In this document: piece by piece, positions 39,259 through 48,515 of the stretch
Position numbering within the stretch: the first letter of the stretch is position 1
Layout of the letters: each line of letters starts with the position of its first letter
Origin: an uncultured Desulfobacter sp.
GTDB lineage: Bacteria; Desulfobacterota; Desulfobacteria; Desulfobacterales; Desulfobacteraceae
Length of the DNA stretch: 64,000 nt
Direction of reading: 5' to 3'
NCBI GenBank assembly: GCA_963665095.1
Contig: OY762069.1
Location: 4,096,001 to 4,160,000, forward strand
Made by a program: the position numbers and the translations under genes
Notes under the pieces: model-generated
The model's input: the letters and a program-made list of their open reading frames with translations, nothing else
Told to the model about the DNA's origin: nothing
Database searches by the model: none

Positions 39259-40518
39259 TTATACTGCTGCCTTTTTCATAAATCTTTTCTGCCTGGGGGA
39301 ATAGCGGCGATATGTGCCGTCCATGATTTCCCGTTTAATTACTTTAAAAAAAAGTTCCCCCATTTTGGTTTGATATCCGCCATCCTCATAAAAGGTGTCC
39401 CAGGCCCAGTTGTAAAGCTCTTCAAGTTTTTCAGGACTCATCTGTTTTGGCTGAAAAACCGTTTTCCCGCAGGTATAGTCCTCCCAGGGATTGTTGAAAA
39501 TCCGACCCTGTTCTTCAAATTTTTTCCGGATGGGTGATTTGGGAAAGGGGGTTAAAATGGTAAATTCCGCCATATCCAGCTTTTCTTTTACTAGAAATTC
39601 AACCAGGTTCCGGATATAGGCCTCATCATGGTCATCTGTGCCCAGAAGAATGGTGCCTTCCACGCCAATGCCATGCTCATGGAGACGCCGAATCCGTTTC
39701 CGGATGGTTTCAGAGGAATCGATTACGGCCTGGTATACGTACCAGCATCCGGCTTCGGCTGCCAGCTTCACCACCTCTTCATCATCCAGTATGGGATGGG
39801 ATACCCATTTTTTCTTTAAAGGTTTCATGGCTGTAAACAGTTCAATGAGCCACTCCTTATCATGGGCCAGGGAGTTATCCACCACAAACAGGCGGTTGTT
39901 GGGGATGGCCTCCATCTCCTCAATCACTTTTTTTACAGGTCTGGGGCGAAATTTTCGTCCTCCTAAGAATCCATTGCAGCAGGGGAAGCAGTTAAACCGG
40001 CAGCCCCGGGAGGCATGGACCAGATCCAGCATCTGAATGCCTCTGTAGTTGTAACACTCCCTGTCCAGAATATCCCTGCGGGCCGTTCCCACAGTGCCGA
40101 TATCCGGGAAATTGTTCATGTAGTCATATACCTTCTGGAGCCGGCCATGGCGAAAATCTGACAGTACCTGCTCCATCCGTCCCTCTGCCTCACCCAGGAA
40201 AACAGAATCTGCATGTTCCATAACCTCTTCAGCATGGAGCATGGTGGCAATTCCCCCGAACAAAACCGGCAGCCCCTGTTCCCTGAAGCGGTCTGCGATT
40301 TCAAAAGCCCTGGGAAGCTGGCAGGTGAGAAGGACTGACATGCAGATCAGGTCGGCATCCGTGTCAAAGCTAAGTTCCTGTACATTTTCATCTATGAAGG
40401 TCACCTCCACATCCTCGGGCAGGGACGCCGCAAAGACAACGGCCCCATGGGGGGGCAGATGGAACTCTGTCTGTTTTTCAAGTTTGGGCCAGGCTGCAAA
40501 AACCAGTTGTATTTTCAT
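39259..40518 (-). CDS. Cobalamin-binding radical SAM enzyme 1
   Basis: LPPHG, IDENV, GEAE, SRGCRFNCFPC, ILTPFP. Confidence 0.88.
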   Translation of the reverse strand: MKIQLVFAAWPKLEKQTEFHLPPHGAVVFAASLPEDVEVTFIDENVQELSFDTDADLICMSVLLTCQLPRAFEIADRFREQGLPVLFGGIATMLHAEEVMEHADSVFLGEAEGRMEQVLSDFRHGRLQKVYDYMNNFPDIGTVGTARRDILDRECYNYRGIQMLDLVHASRGCRFNCFPCCNGFLGGRKFRPRPVKKVIEEMEAIPNNRLFVVDNSLAHDKEWLIELFTAMKPLKKKWVSHPILDDEEVVKLAAEAGCWYVYQAVIDSSETIRKRIRRLHEHGIGVEGTILLGTDDHDEAYIRNLVEFLVKEKLDMAEFTILTPFPKSPIRKKFEEQGRIFNNPWEDYTCGKTVFQPKQMSPEKLEELYNWAWDTFYEDGGYQTKMGELFFKVIKREIMDGTYRRYSPRQKRFMKKAAV

Positions 40519-41264
40519 ATTACGTCCTCTGGAATAAGATCCGTTAAATCATTAAGCAGTGTATTGTTTATATAAAAAGTGTCTACTGAGTCTGCTCTTC
40601 GTACTATTTTCAGAGAAGACACATCGAATTCCCCTGCCTTGGGTTCAGCAGGCCGGCAGGATCCGATCACAAGAAAAAGTGCGCCGGGCCGGCAGGGGTG
40701 CTCACCTGCACAAAGGTGCCGGCCACAGTTGCAGATACCGCATACAGCCCCTTCGCAGCCATCTGTACCAAGTGCGTCCATGGCAAAGGAGAGGGCTGTC
40801 AGCCCGGTACTGGGCTCTTTTTCAACCACATAGGCCTCCCCGGACAGGCGGTGGTAGATACCTGCCTCACCCAGAAAACAGGAGGCCAGTGTATAGGCAA
40901 ACAGGGCCGGGCTGGGCAACCGGTTTTCCTGCCGTGACACGGTTGCCTGATAGAGCAGGTCGGTCTCAAGGCATCCTGTTGCAGATTCCGCAATAAGGGG
41001 AATATACTTTGTGGGCACAGGATTCTCTTTTTGCGCCGGCACCGGAGACATCCCGGCATCGGACATGGCAAAAGCAATGGCTGAAAAACCCAGTTTTGAA
41101 AACAGATCCATTCTGCCAAAGGCTTTATACGGCACCTCCAGCACAGATTTTCCCGACAGGTGATACATCTCCTCCGGGGAGTGAAATTTTTGAACGGCAC
41201 CGGGGCTTCCCATTGAACCAGGCTGCACCCATCCCATGCCTAAAATTTGGGCCTGGTTACTCAT
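40515..41264 (-). CDS. Ketosynthase N-terminal-like / chain-length-factor-like protein
   Basis: FGRMDLFSKLG, PSPALFAYTL; catalytic Cys-His-His set not evident. Confidence 0.7.
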   Translation of the reverse strand: MSNQAQILGMGWVQPGSMGSPGAVQKFHSPEEMYHLSGKSVLEVPYKAFGRMDLFSKLGFSAIAFAMSDAGMSPVPAQKENPVPTKYIPLIAESATGCLETDLLYQATVSRQENRLPSPALFAYTLASCFLGEAGIYHRLSGEAYVVEKEPSTGLTALSFAMDALGTDGCEGAVCGICNCGRHLCAGEHPCRPGALFLVIGSCRPAEPKAGEFDVSSLKIVRRADSVDTFYINNTLLNDLTDLIPEDVI

Positions 41265-42427
41265 CTGGCCTCCTGAATTATCACTGCGGCATTAATGCCG
41301 CCAAACCCTGAATTGCTCGTCATTACAGGGCCTTTAAGAAATGGGCGGTTGCCGGGGCTGAATAGGGGGGCAGCCCCCTGATCCGGATTGACCAGGCCTT
41401 TGGTGCCCGGTACTATTTTCTTTTCCAGGTATTTGACGCAAAGCGCCGCCTCAATGGCCCCTGATGCCCCTAATGAATGGCCGACACTTCCTTTAATGGA
41501 ATGTGCCATGGTTGATTCAGGGTCAAACAGATCCCGGATGGCTGTCAGCTCCATGGCATCGTTGTAAACCGTGCCTGTGCCGTGGGCACAGATGACGTTC
41601 ATATCGGCAGGGGTGATACCCGCACCTTTGCACGCCATCATGATGGCGGTTTTCAGACCGGACGCGGCCCTGTCCGGTGCGGTTAAATGGACTGCATCTG
41701 CAGCAATCCCCCAGCCCATCAGTTCGGCAAGGATCGGGGATGCACCGGATTCCGCTTTTTTACGGTTTGTGAGCACCAGCACCGCGCCCCCTTCGCCCAG
41801 GGTCAGGCCTTTGCGATCCCGGTCAAAGGGCATGGCCGGCCCCGGTCCCATGGCACCGATCACGGAAAAACCGGAAAAAACATACTCTGTCACCAGATCA
41901 AGGGCTACTACAATCACTGTATGCTCCCTGCCCCGGCGAATCAGGTCGGAGGCCTTTGCAAGGGCAATGGCGGAAGAGGCGCAGGCCGCACTGATATTAA
42001 ATCCGGGCCGGTGAAGTCCCAAGTCCCTGGAAAGGCGTGCCGGCAGGTCCGAGACCGGCAGCCCCGGGTATGCACCGCCCCTGAAATCAGGGGAGGGGGG
42101 CAGGTCTTTGATGAGGTCTATTCCCCCTTTGGTGGAAGCGGTGATCAAAAGACTGTCCGGATCCGGGGTGGGCAGATCCCGGATGAGATCAGAGGCCAGG
42201 TCCAGGATCGCTGTCTTGCTTAAGCCGGTATCCGCATGGTCCAGCCCCGGTATAATGCCGGCAAGGGAGCTGACATAGGATGAGGTGTCAAACCGGGTCA
42301 CCGTGGAAAACCCTTCTCTTGCATCAAGCAGCCCCTGGTAAAGGGCATCAAGTCCATGGCCCAGGGGGGTGATGGTCTGGGCATGGGTAATATACACCGG
42401 GGTCCTCACAACGTTCCGGCCTTCCAC
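41261..42427 (-). CDS. Beta-ketoacyl-ACP synthase (KS4); start probably GTG near 42409
   Basis: SAACASS, HGTGT, GHSLGASG, GFGG. Confidence 0.9.
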   Translation of the reverse strand: MEGRNVVRTPVYITHAQTITPLGHGLDALYQGLLDAREGFSTVTRFDTSSYVSSLAGIIPGLDHADTGLSKTAILDLASDLIRDLPTPDPDSLLITASTKGGIDLIKDLPPSPDFRGGAYPGLPVSDLPARLSRDLGLHRPGFNISAACASSAIALAKASDLIRRGREHTVIVVALDLVTEYVFSGFSVIGAMGPGPAMPFDRDRKGLTLGEGGAVLVLTNRKKAESGASPILAELMGWGIAADAVHLTAPDRAASGLKTAIMMACKGAGITPADMNVICAHGTGTVYNDAMELTAIRDLFDPESTMAHSIKGSVGHSLGASGAIEAALCVKYLEKKIVPGTKGLVNPDQGAAPLFSPGNRPFLKGPVMTSNSGFGGINAAVIIQEAR

Positions 42428-42864
42428 CTGGCACAGAACGCTTTGAGAAAATCCGGTTGGGTTAAATACAGTTCATAGTCTGTGTTGAGCATCATCTGAA
42501 CAATATATCCTGTGGCTGCCTCCCGGCCCTGGTCATCCCGGATGATATATTCGCTGTTGAGTCTGGCAGCATCTGAATAGTGAAACAGGCACTCAATGGA
42601 GAATTCATCCTTGAATCTTAAGGGACGGATAAAATCCACATGCACGGTTTTTACCGGTGCCAGAATTCCGTGGTTGTAGAAATCCATATAACCGACATTA
42701 TACCGGTCCCCCAGCATCACCCTGGCATCTTCAAAAAAACTTGTATAATGGCCATGCCAGGTGATGGTCATCATATCAACTTCCTGGAATTTTATTTGCC
42801 GGGTCACCGTTTCCCTGAGCGGGGGGGGTGCATCCGGCACTGTTTTAAAATATTTTTTCCTCAT
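42406..42864 (-). CDS. Acyl-CoA/ACP thioesterase (4HBT hot-dog fold)
   Basis: FQEVDMMTITWHGHYTSFFEDAR. Confidence 0.88.
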   Translation of the reverse strand: MRKKYFKTVPDAPPPLRETVTRQIKFQEVDMMTITWHGHYTSFFEDARVMLGDRYNVGYMDFYNHGILAPVKTVHVDFIRPLRFKDEFSIECLFHYSDAARLNSEYIIRDDQGREAATGYIVQMMLNTDYELYLTQPDFLKAFCARWKAGTL

Positions 42865-42902
42865 GGCATCTACCTAAATTACTTCTTAGCACAAGTTTGC
42901 GT

Positions 42903-43703
42903 TCAACTGTTATTGTCCATGACAGCCAGTTCCTGCGCCATCATCTGTTTTACTTTTTTTTTCATTTCCAGGTGCCTCATTTCGCCGGAAAACGCCTTGG
43001 GAAAAACCGGGTCCAGTGCTTTCATTCTGATCCGGGCAGGCTTCATATAGTGACGCTTTGGCGGCAGCAGCATTTCGGTGCCGGTAATGCAGACTGGTAT
43101 AACAGGGGCATTCGTTTCCACAGCCAGCTTGAATGCGCCTGAATAATACCGGGTCAGTTGTTTGTCACGGCTTCTATGGCCCTCTGGAAAAAAAAGGACA
43201 AAACCGCCCCGTCCAAGGGTTTCCTCGGCTACTTCTAAACTTTTTTGCCAGGGGAATTTTTCAATATTCAGATAGTGGGCAAGTCCCATGAAAAAATTGT
43301 AAACCGGGATTCTGAACGGCCAGTCTCTGACAGCAAAGCAGACATCGCACACCGGTAACATATTCATGCAGTAGGTGTCAAAAAAAGAGCGGTGATTCAC
43401 AACAATAATACCGGGCACGGCAAACTGGGCGGCTTTGTAATCAAACGGTTCAAACCGGACAAAAAAGCGGGTAAAAAACTGCCATACATGGCCGTAGGTC
43501 CAGATGGCCCATCGGGTGGTCCACTGGGCACTTCTGCCCTTTGCCAGTTTAAAATAGAGTACGGAAAAGGGAAAAAGGAGCATCCCGGTAACTGTCCATA
43601 TGACCATGACTGTTCCGAGGAACAGGTTCATCAGTATGAGAAGAACCGGGCCTGTTTTGCTGTGCTGCAGCTTCCGGGTATAATGGTTATACAGCGACAG
43701 CAT
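42903..43703 (-). CDS. Lysophospholipid acyltransferase (PlsC family)
   Basis: NHRSFFD, FFPEGHRS, PVIPV. Confidence 0.9.
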   Translation of the reverse strand: MLSLYNHYTRKLQHSKTGPVLLILMNLFLGTVMVIWTVTGMLLFPFSVLYFKLAKGRSAQWTTRWAIWTYGHVWQFFTRFFVRFEPFDYKAAQFAVPGIIVVNHRSFFDTYCMNMLPVCDVCFAVRDWPFRIPVYNFFMGLAHYLNIEKFPWQKSLEVAEETLGRGGFVLFFPEGHRSRDKQLTRYYSGAFKLAVETNAPVIPVCITGTEMLLPPKRHYMKPARIRMKALDPVFPKAFSGEMRHLEMKKKVKQMMAQELAVMDNNS

Positions 43704-44947
43704 CAGAATTTTCCTTCAAAATTTACGATCAGGGAGGCATTGGTTCCGCCGAAACCAAAGGAGTTGGACAGCGCGTTTTTTATCCGGCACTGCCTGGCCT
43801 CAGGTATTACATGGATGGGGGGGCAGGTGTCGTCCAGGGCCTGAAAGTTGATATTCGGCGCCAGAAATCCGTTCTGGGCCATGAGCGCGGTATAGATCAC
43901 TTCACTGGCCCCGGACATCCAGCATTCATGTCCGGTCATGGATTTGGTGGAGGAGACAGGGGTTTTCCCGCCGAAAAGTTCGTGGATGGCAGTGGCCTCC
44001 GCCAGATCCCCGGCCGGGGTGGAGGTGGCATGGGCATTGATATAGTCAATGTCATCCGGATTCATGCCGGCATCCTGCAATGCCTGGGTCATCGCGGTCA
44101 TGGAGCCTTTGCTGTCAGGGTTGGACAGGGTTTTGCCTATGCCGGAAGAAAAGCCATACCCCTCTATGGTGCCGTAAATGCGTGCGCCCCGCGCCCTGGC
44201 ATGGTCAAGGGATTCAAGGATCAGGCAGGCCCCGCCCCCGCCGGGTACCAGTCCGTCCCGGTCCCGGTCAAAGGGCCTGGATGCCTGTTCCGGCTGGTCA
44301 AACCGGCAGGAGAAGACATTGAGAGCATCAAAACTGGCCATGGATGTCCAGTGGATCTCCTGGGCGCCCCCTGCAATGACAATGTCCTGGAGTCCGCTTC
44401 GAATCAGCATCATGGCCTGACCCAGCACATGGGCCCCGCTGGCACAGGCCGCACTCAGGGTCCAGTTGGCCCCCCGGGTGCCCAGAAGTCCGGCCAGGTT
44501 CATGGTGATGGTGGAGTTCATGCTCCGGAAAATGTAGCCGGATCCGATATAGTGGGTCTCCCCGTGCTCCCTGGCAATGTCAATGGACTCCACATCCGCT
44601 TTGATGGTGCTGTCGTTGCCAAAGATGACGCCGCACCTGGGGGTTTGAATGTCGGCCGCGTCAAGGCCGGAGTCCTTGAGCGCCTTCTGGGCGGAGACCG
44701 CAGCGTACAGGGCCGGTTCACACATGGTCCGTAAATTTTTCCGGCTCAATCCCTCCTCTTTGGGGGATATTTCCGGCAGCCTGGCGGTGAGAGGGGATCT
44801 AAACCCTAAACCTTTGCGCTTCCTGTCAAACACAATACCGGACTGGCCCCGCTCAAGGGCGGCGGCCACCGTATCAAGATCTTTGCCAAGGCAGCAGACA
44901 ATGCCCATGCCCGTAATAGCGACTTTCCGCAGTGATGATAACGCCAA
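43703..44947 (-). CDS. Beta-ketoacyl-ACP synthase (KS3)
   Basis: SAACASGAH, HATST, GHECWMSG, FGFGG. Confidence 0.92.
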   Translation of the reverse strand: MALSSLRKVAITGMGIVCCLGKDLDTVAAALERGQSGIVFDRKRKGLGFRSPLTARLPEISPKEEGLSRKNLRTMCEPALYAAVSAQKALKDSGLDAADIQTPRCGVIFGNDSTIKADVESIDIAREHGETHYIGSGYIFRSMNSTITMNLAGLLGTRGANWTLSAACASGAHVLGQAMMLIRSGLQDIVIAGGAQEIHWTSMASFDALNVFSCRFDQPEQASRPFDRDRDGLVPGGGGACLILESLDHARARGARIYGTIEGYGFSSGIGKTLSNPDSKGSMTAMTQALQDAGMNPDDIDYINAHATSTPAGDLAEATAIHELFGGKTPVSSTKSMTGHECWMSGASEVIYTALMAQNGFLAPNINFQALDDTCPPIHVIPEARQCRIKNALSNSFGFGGTNASLIVNFEGKF

Positions 44948-44955
44948 AATCTCTC

Positions 44956-45702
44956 CTAACAGATGCCGCCGTTAATGCCGATAACCTGGCCTGTGATGTA
45001 GCCCGCTTCAGGGGAACACAGAAAGCTGACCGTGGCTGCCACCTCATCGGCAGTGCCCAGCCGGCCCATGGGAATGGCCTTGGTGATCTGGTCCAGAGGC
45101 AGCCCGTCCACCATCTCAGTTTCAATAAACCCGGGCGCCACGGCATTCACCGTGATCTTCCTTTTGGCGATCTCCTTGGCCAGGGCCATGGTGGCCCCGA
45201 TGAGCCCTGCTTTGGAGGCTGAATAATTCACCTGTCCGGGCTGGCCCACCTGGCCGGAAGTGGAGGTGACATTGATAATTCTGCCCTTGCGTTTGGAGAG
45301 CATTTTTTTCACCACGGGCTTGGTCACATTAAAGAACCCGGTAAGGTTGGTATCCAGCACCCGCTGCCAGTTGTCCGCCTTCATCCAGACCATGAGCATG
45401 TCATCCCGGATACCGGCATTGTTCACCAGAATATCAATCACGCCCTTCTGGTCATAAATCGTGTCCAATGCGCTATGTGCTGCTGCTTCATCTGTTACAT
45501 CAAAGGGAAGCAGGGCGCCGTCCCCTCCGGCCTCTTTAACCAGCCCCAGGGTTTTTTCCGCTTCCTGGGTATTGGACCTGAAATTGATATAGACAAATCT
45601 GCCTGCCCTGGCCAGACTCACGGCAATGGCCCGGCCGATACCGCGGCCTGCGCCGGTCACCAGCGCAACTTCCTGCAAAATTTCCTGAGTATCTGAATCC
45701 AT
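44956..45702 (-). CDS. fabG: 3-oxoacyl-ACP reductase (FabG-like)
   Basis: TGAGRGIG, NNAG, YSASK, VAPGFIET. Confidence 0.9.
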   Translation of the reverse strand: MDSDTQEILQEVALVTGAGRGIGRAIAVSLARAGRFVYINFRSNTQEAEKTLGLVKEAGGDGALLPFDVTDEAAAHSALDTIYDQKGVIDILVNNAGIRDDMLMVWMKADNWQRVLDTNLTGFFNVTKPVVKKMLSKRKGRIINVTSTSGQVGQPGQVNYSASKAGLIGATMALAKEIAKRKITVNAVAPGFIETEMVDGLPLDQITKAIPMGRLGTADEVAATVSFLCSPEAGYITGQVIGINGGIC

Positions 45703-45711
45703 TGTTACTCC

Positions 45712-46929
45712 TTAAGAGAATTTTTTTAAAATCAGGGTAGCATTAATCCCGCCAAATGCAAAATTACTGGTCATGACCAGGTTGAGCTCTTTATTCACAG
45801 GTTCCTGGACATGGATGATTCCCTTACACTCGTCTGCCACAGAAGTTAGATTTTTTGTGGGAATCAGGGTGTTATGTTCCATCATTTTAAGACAGAAAAT
45901 CGTCTCCATCACCCCGGATGCCGCCAGCGTGTGTCCGGTAAATCCTTTGGTGGCGCTGACCGGTATTTCATGCCGGCCCAGCATGGCAATGGCCCTTGCC
46001 TCAGCCGCATCCCCAAGCTGTGTACCCGTGGCATGGGCATTGATATAGTCGATCTGCTCAAGGCGGCACCCGGCACAGGCCATGGCGCCTTTCATGCAGG
46101 CCAGCATGCCTTTGTCCTGGGGGCTGGTCATGTGGGAACCGTCACAGCAGGTATGGAACCCGGTAACTTCGGCAAGCACCCTGGCACCCCGGGCCAGGGC
46201 ATGGTCCAGGTTTTCCAGGATGACCGCACCGGCGCCTTCCGCCACCACCAGCCCGTCCCGGTCCCGGTCAAAGGGGCGGGGCGTTTTTTCAGCCGATTCC
46301 TGCCTGGAGGCGGCATTCAGCACGTCAAATACCCCTGCCGTGGAGAGGTGAAGCTCATCAGCACCACCACAGATCATCACCTCCTGCAGGCCGCTTCGCA
46401 CTGCTTCAAAGCCCATGCCAATGGCCTGGGTGGAGGTGGCACAGGCCGCGCAGGGCGAGATTACCCGGCCGCTGGTTCCCAGCATGGCGCCGAGGTTGGC
46501 GGCCACCGAGTGGTTCATGACCTTCATGAATGCCGTGCCCTCCAGCCTTGAGATGCCGCCGGTTTCGGACAGGTCATCAAACAGCCCCTGAAGCACCCCA
46601 CCGGACCCGGTGGTGGAGCCCATGGAGACGCCGGTAGTGCCGGAACAGATATCCTCTTTGGCAAGCCCTGCCTGGTCCAGTGCATCCAGGGTGCACAGCC
46701 CTGCCATGATGGTCATGGGTCCCATGGTCCGCCGGTCTTTGCGGAGGATCCGTTTGATATTATATCCCTGGCATTTTCCGGCCAGCCTGACTTTCAGATC
46801 CCTGACCTCTTTCCATTCCGGCATGGGAACAATGCCTGAACGGCTGTGGGTCAACGCCTGCCAGACCTCCTTTTCACTGTTGCCGATGGGAGATATGATC
46901 CCAAGTCCTGTGATTGCAACCCGGTTCAT
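45712..46929 (-). CDS. Beta-ketoacyl-ACP synthase (KS2)
   Basis: AACATSTQAIG, HATGT, GHTLAASG, FAFGG. Confidence 0.92.
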   Translation of the reverse strand: MNRVAITGLGIISPIGNSEKEVWQALTHSRSGIVPMPEWKEVRDLKVRLAGKCQGYNIKRILRKDRRTMGPMTIMAGLCTLDALDQAGLAKEDICSGTTGVSMGSTTGSGGVLQGLFDDLSETGGISRLEGTAFMKVMNHSVAANLGAMLGTSGRVISPCAACATSTQAIGMGFEAVRSGLQEVMICGGADELHLSTAGVFDVLNAASRQESAEKTPRPFDRDRDGLVVAEGAGAVILENLDHALARGARVLAEVTGFHTCCDGSHMTSPQDKGMLACMKGAMACAGCRLEQIDYINAHATGTQLGDAAEARAIAMLGRHEIPVSATKGFTGHTLAASGVMETIFCLKMMEHNTLIPTKNLTSVADECKGIIHVQEPVNKELNLVMTSNFAFGGINATLILKKFS

Positions 46930-48515
46930 GGATTATCCCTGTTCTGTTGTTCTGATTTTTTATTTGTCATATCGTTCGTATTGCGAATGTTTTCCATCAG
47001 CTCCCCCTCCCGAAAGAACCCTTTACACAGACTGGCACTGATTGAAATGCCCCCGTGAATACCACAGAACCCGATGCTTTGTCCTGTCAAAAACAGGCCC
47101 TTCACCCGGGTGGCCGGGCTGAAAGAGGCTGCAAGAAAGGTCTGGGCGGTTTTTTTTATTCCGTAGGCAGAGCCCTCGGGCGTCAGGGTATACCTCTCAA
47201 ATGTGGCCGGGGAATAGGTATCCACAATGCGGGCATGCTCACTGGTGCCGGGAAACTCCTGCTCCAGCCGCTTCATGACCCTTTCTGCCATAATTTTTTT
47301 ATTTTTTTTGTAAAGGTCCCGGCCTTTTTGTTCATACCCCTGAAGAAGCCATTCCCCGGTCTTTCCTGTAACAGGAATCAGGGCGGTGACCGCCAGTGTC
47401 TCTTTCTTTGACAGATCACATCTTTGTCCCGATGCTTCCTGGTCAAAGCAGGTGTCTGAGCCGGGCAAGGCGCTCAGGAATATCACTTCCGGCGAGTCCT
47501 GGGGGGACTGGTTCTGAAAATAGGGTGCATTTACATCCCAGGAGTTATAAATATAGGCGTCATTATCCGCCACCGGGCAATGGGATTTGTTCCAGGCCAG
47601 GCAGACCCCGAAAATTCCCTGGGTGTTTTCGGCCGTGGTAAGACGGTTTTCAAAAAAGGGCCTGAAGGTTTTGGGCGGGCAGTATCCGGGCAGTCGCGCG
47701 GGATGGCCGGTATATATCACCTGGCCGGCCGTTAAAATCTGTCCCCCTTCAAGTACCACACCTTTAACGGCTCTGTCTTCAATAACAATCCGGGTCATTT
47801 TTGCCCGGGTTTTTATCCTGCCTCCCAGCTCTTTAAAACGGCTGCACAGGGCATCTGAAAACAGGGTGGCCTGTTCATTAATCCTGAAACTGGATTTTAA
47901 ATAGGCATCGGATATGAGAAAATGGGTCAGCACAGGGCTCTGGCTGCTGGGCAGGCCAAACAGAACGTTGTTGGCGGACAGAATGCTTTTCAGCCGGTCA
48001 CTGATGCCGATCTGGGCAAAGTAGTCATCCAGGGCCCCGAGGAACTGGGTGGATAGATCCGGCCCCTTCTCGCATCCGGGATTATAGAGTTCAATATGCC
48101 GGGTTACGGCGGCCATATCTTTAAAATATCGGTCAATGGCCGGGATGTCATCCGGGAACATGGATGACAGCGTTTCCCTGTATCCCGCATGGCTTTGGGG
48201 GACTTTCACGGTGCAGTCGGGAAAGTAATAGGTTTCAAACCCGTCCCGGGCCATGGGTACCAGTTCCAGGCGGTCCAGAAGTCCCAGATAGTTAAAGTAA
48301 TGCCACAGGGGTTCTTTTGGGTTGAGCGCGCCTAACCTGTGAACGCCGGTGGGAAATACCAGGCCCTCCCGCTGGAATGTCTGGGTCAGTCCGCCCGGGA
48401 CAAAATGCTGCTCAATGACCAGCACCTTTTGGCCCTGCATTGACAGAATGATACCGGCGGTCATACCGGAGATTCCGGAGCCGACAATGATGGTGTCAAG
48501 CTGTTCCGCTGTCAT
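46926..48515 (-). CDS. FAD-dependent oxidoreductase (phytoene desaturase/retinol reductase-like)
   Basis: IVGSGISG, EQHFVPGG, SPATFERYT...GSAYG, GLFLTGQ. Confidence 0.88.
   Translation of the reverse strand: MTAEQLDTIIVGSGISGMTAGIILSMQGQKVLVIEQHFVPGGLTQTFQREGLVFPTGVHRLGALNPKEPLWHYFNYLGLLDRLELVPMARDGFETYYFPDCTVKVPQSHAGYRETLSSMFPDDIPAIDRYFKDMAAVTRHIELYNPGCEKGPDLSTQFLGALDDYFAQIGISDRLKSILSANNVLFGLPSSQSPVLTHFLISDAYLKSSFRINEQATLFSDALCSRFKELGGRIKTRAKMTRIVIEDRAVKGVVLEGGQILTAGQVIYTGHPARLPGYCPPKTFRPFFENRLTTAENTQGIFGVCLAWNKSHCPVADNDAYIYNSWDVNAPYFQNQSPQDSPEVIFLSALPGSDTCFDQEASGQRCDLSKKETLAVTALIPVTGKTGEWLLQGYEQKGRDLYKKNKKIMAERVMKRLEQEFPGTSEHARIVDTYSPATFERYTLTPEGSAYGIKKTAQTFLAASFSPATRVKGLFLTGQSIGFCGIHGGISISASLCKGFFREGELMENIRNTNDMTNKKSEQQNRDNP

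Noticed and set aside
43811..44734. 307-aa plus-strand ORF and similar long antisense ORFs in the lipid cluster
   Set aside because: Antisense shadows of GC-rich ketosynthase genes
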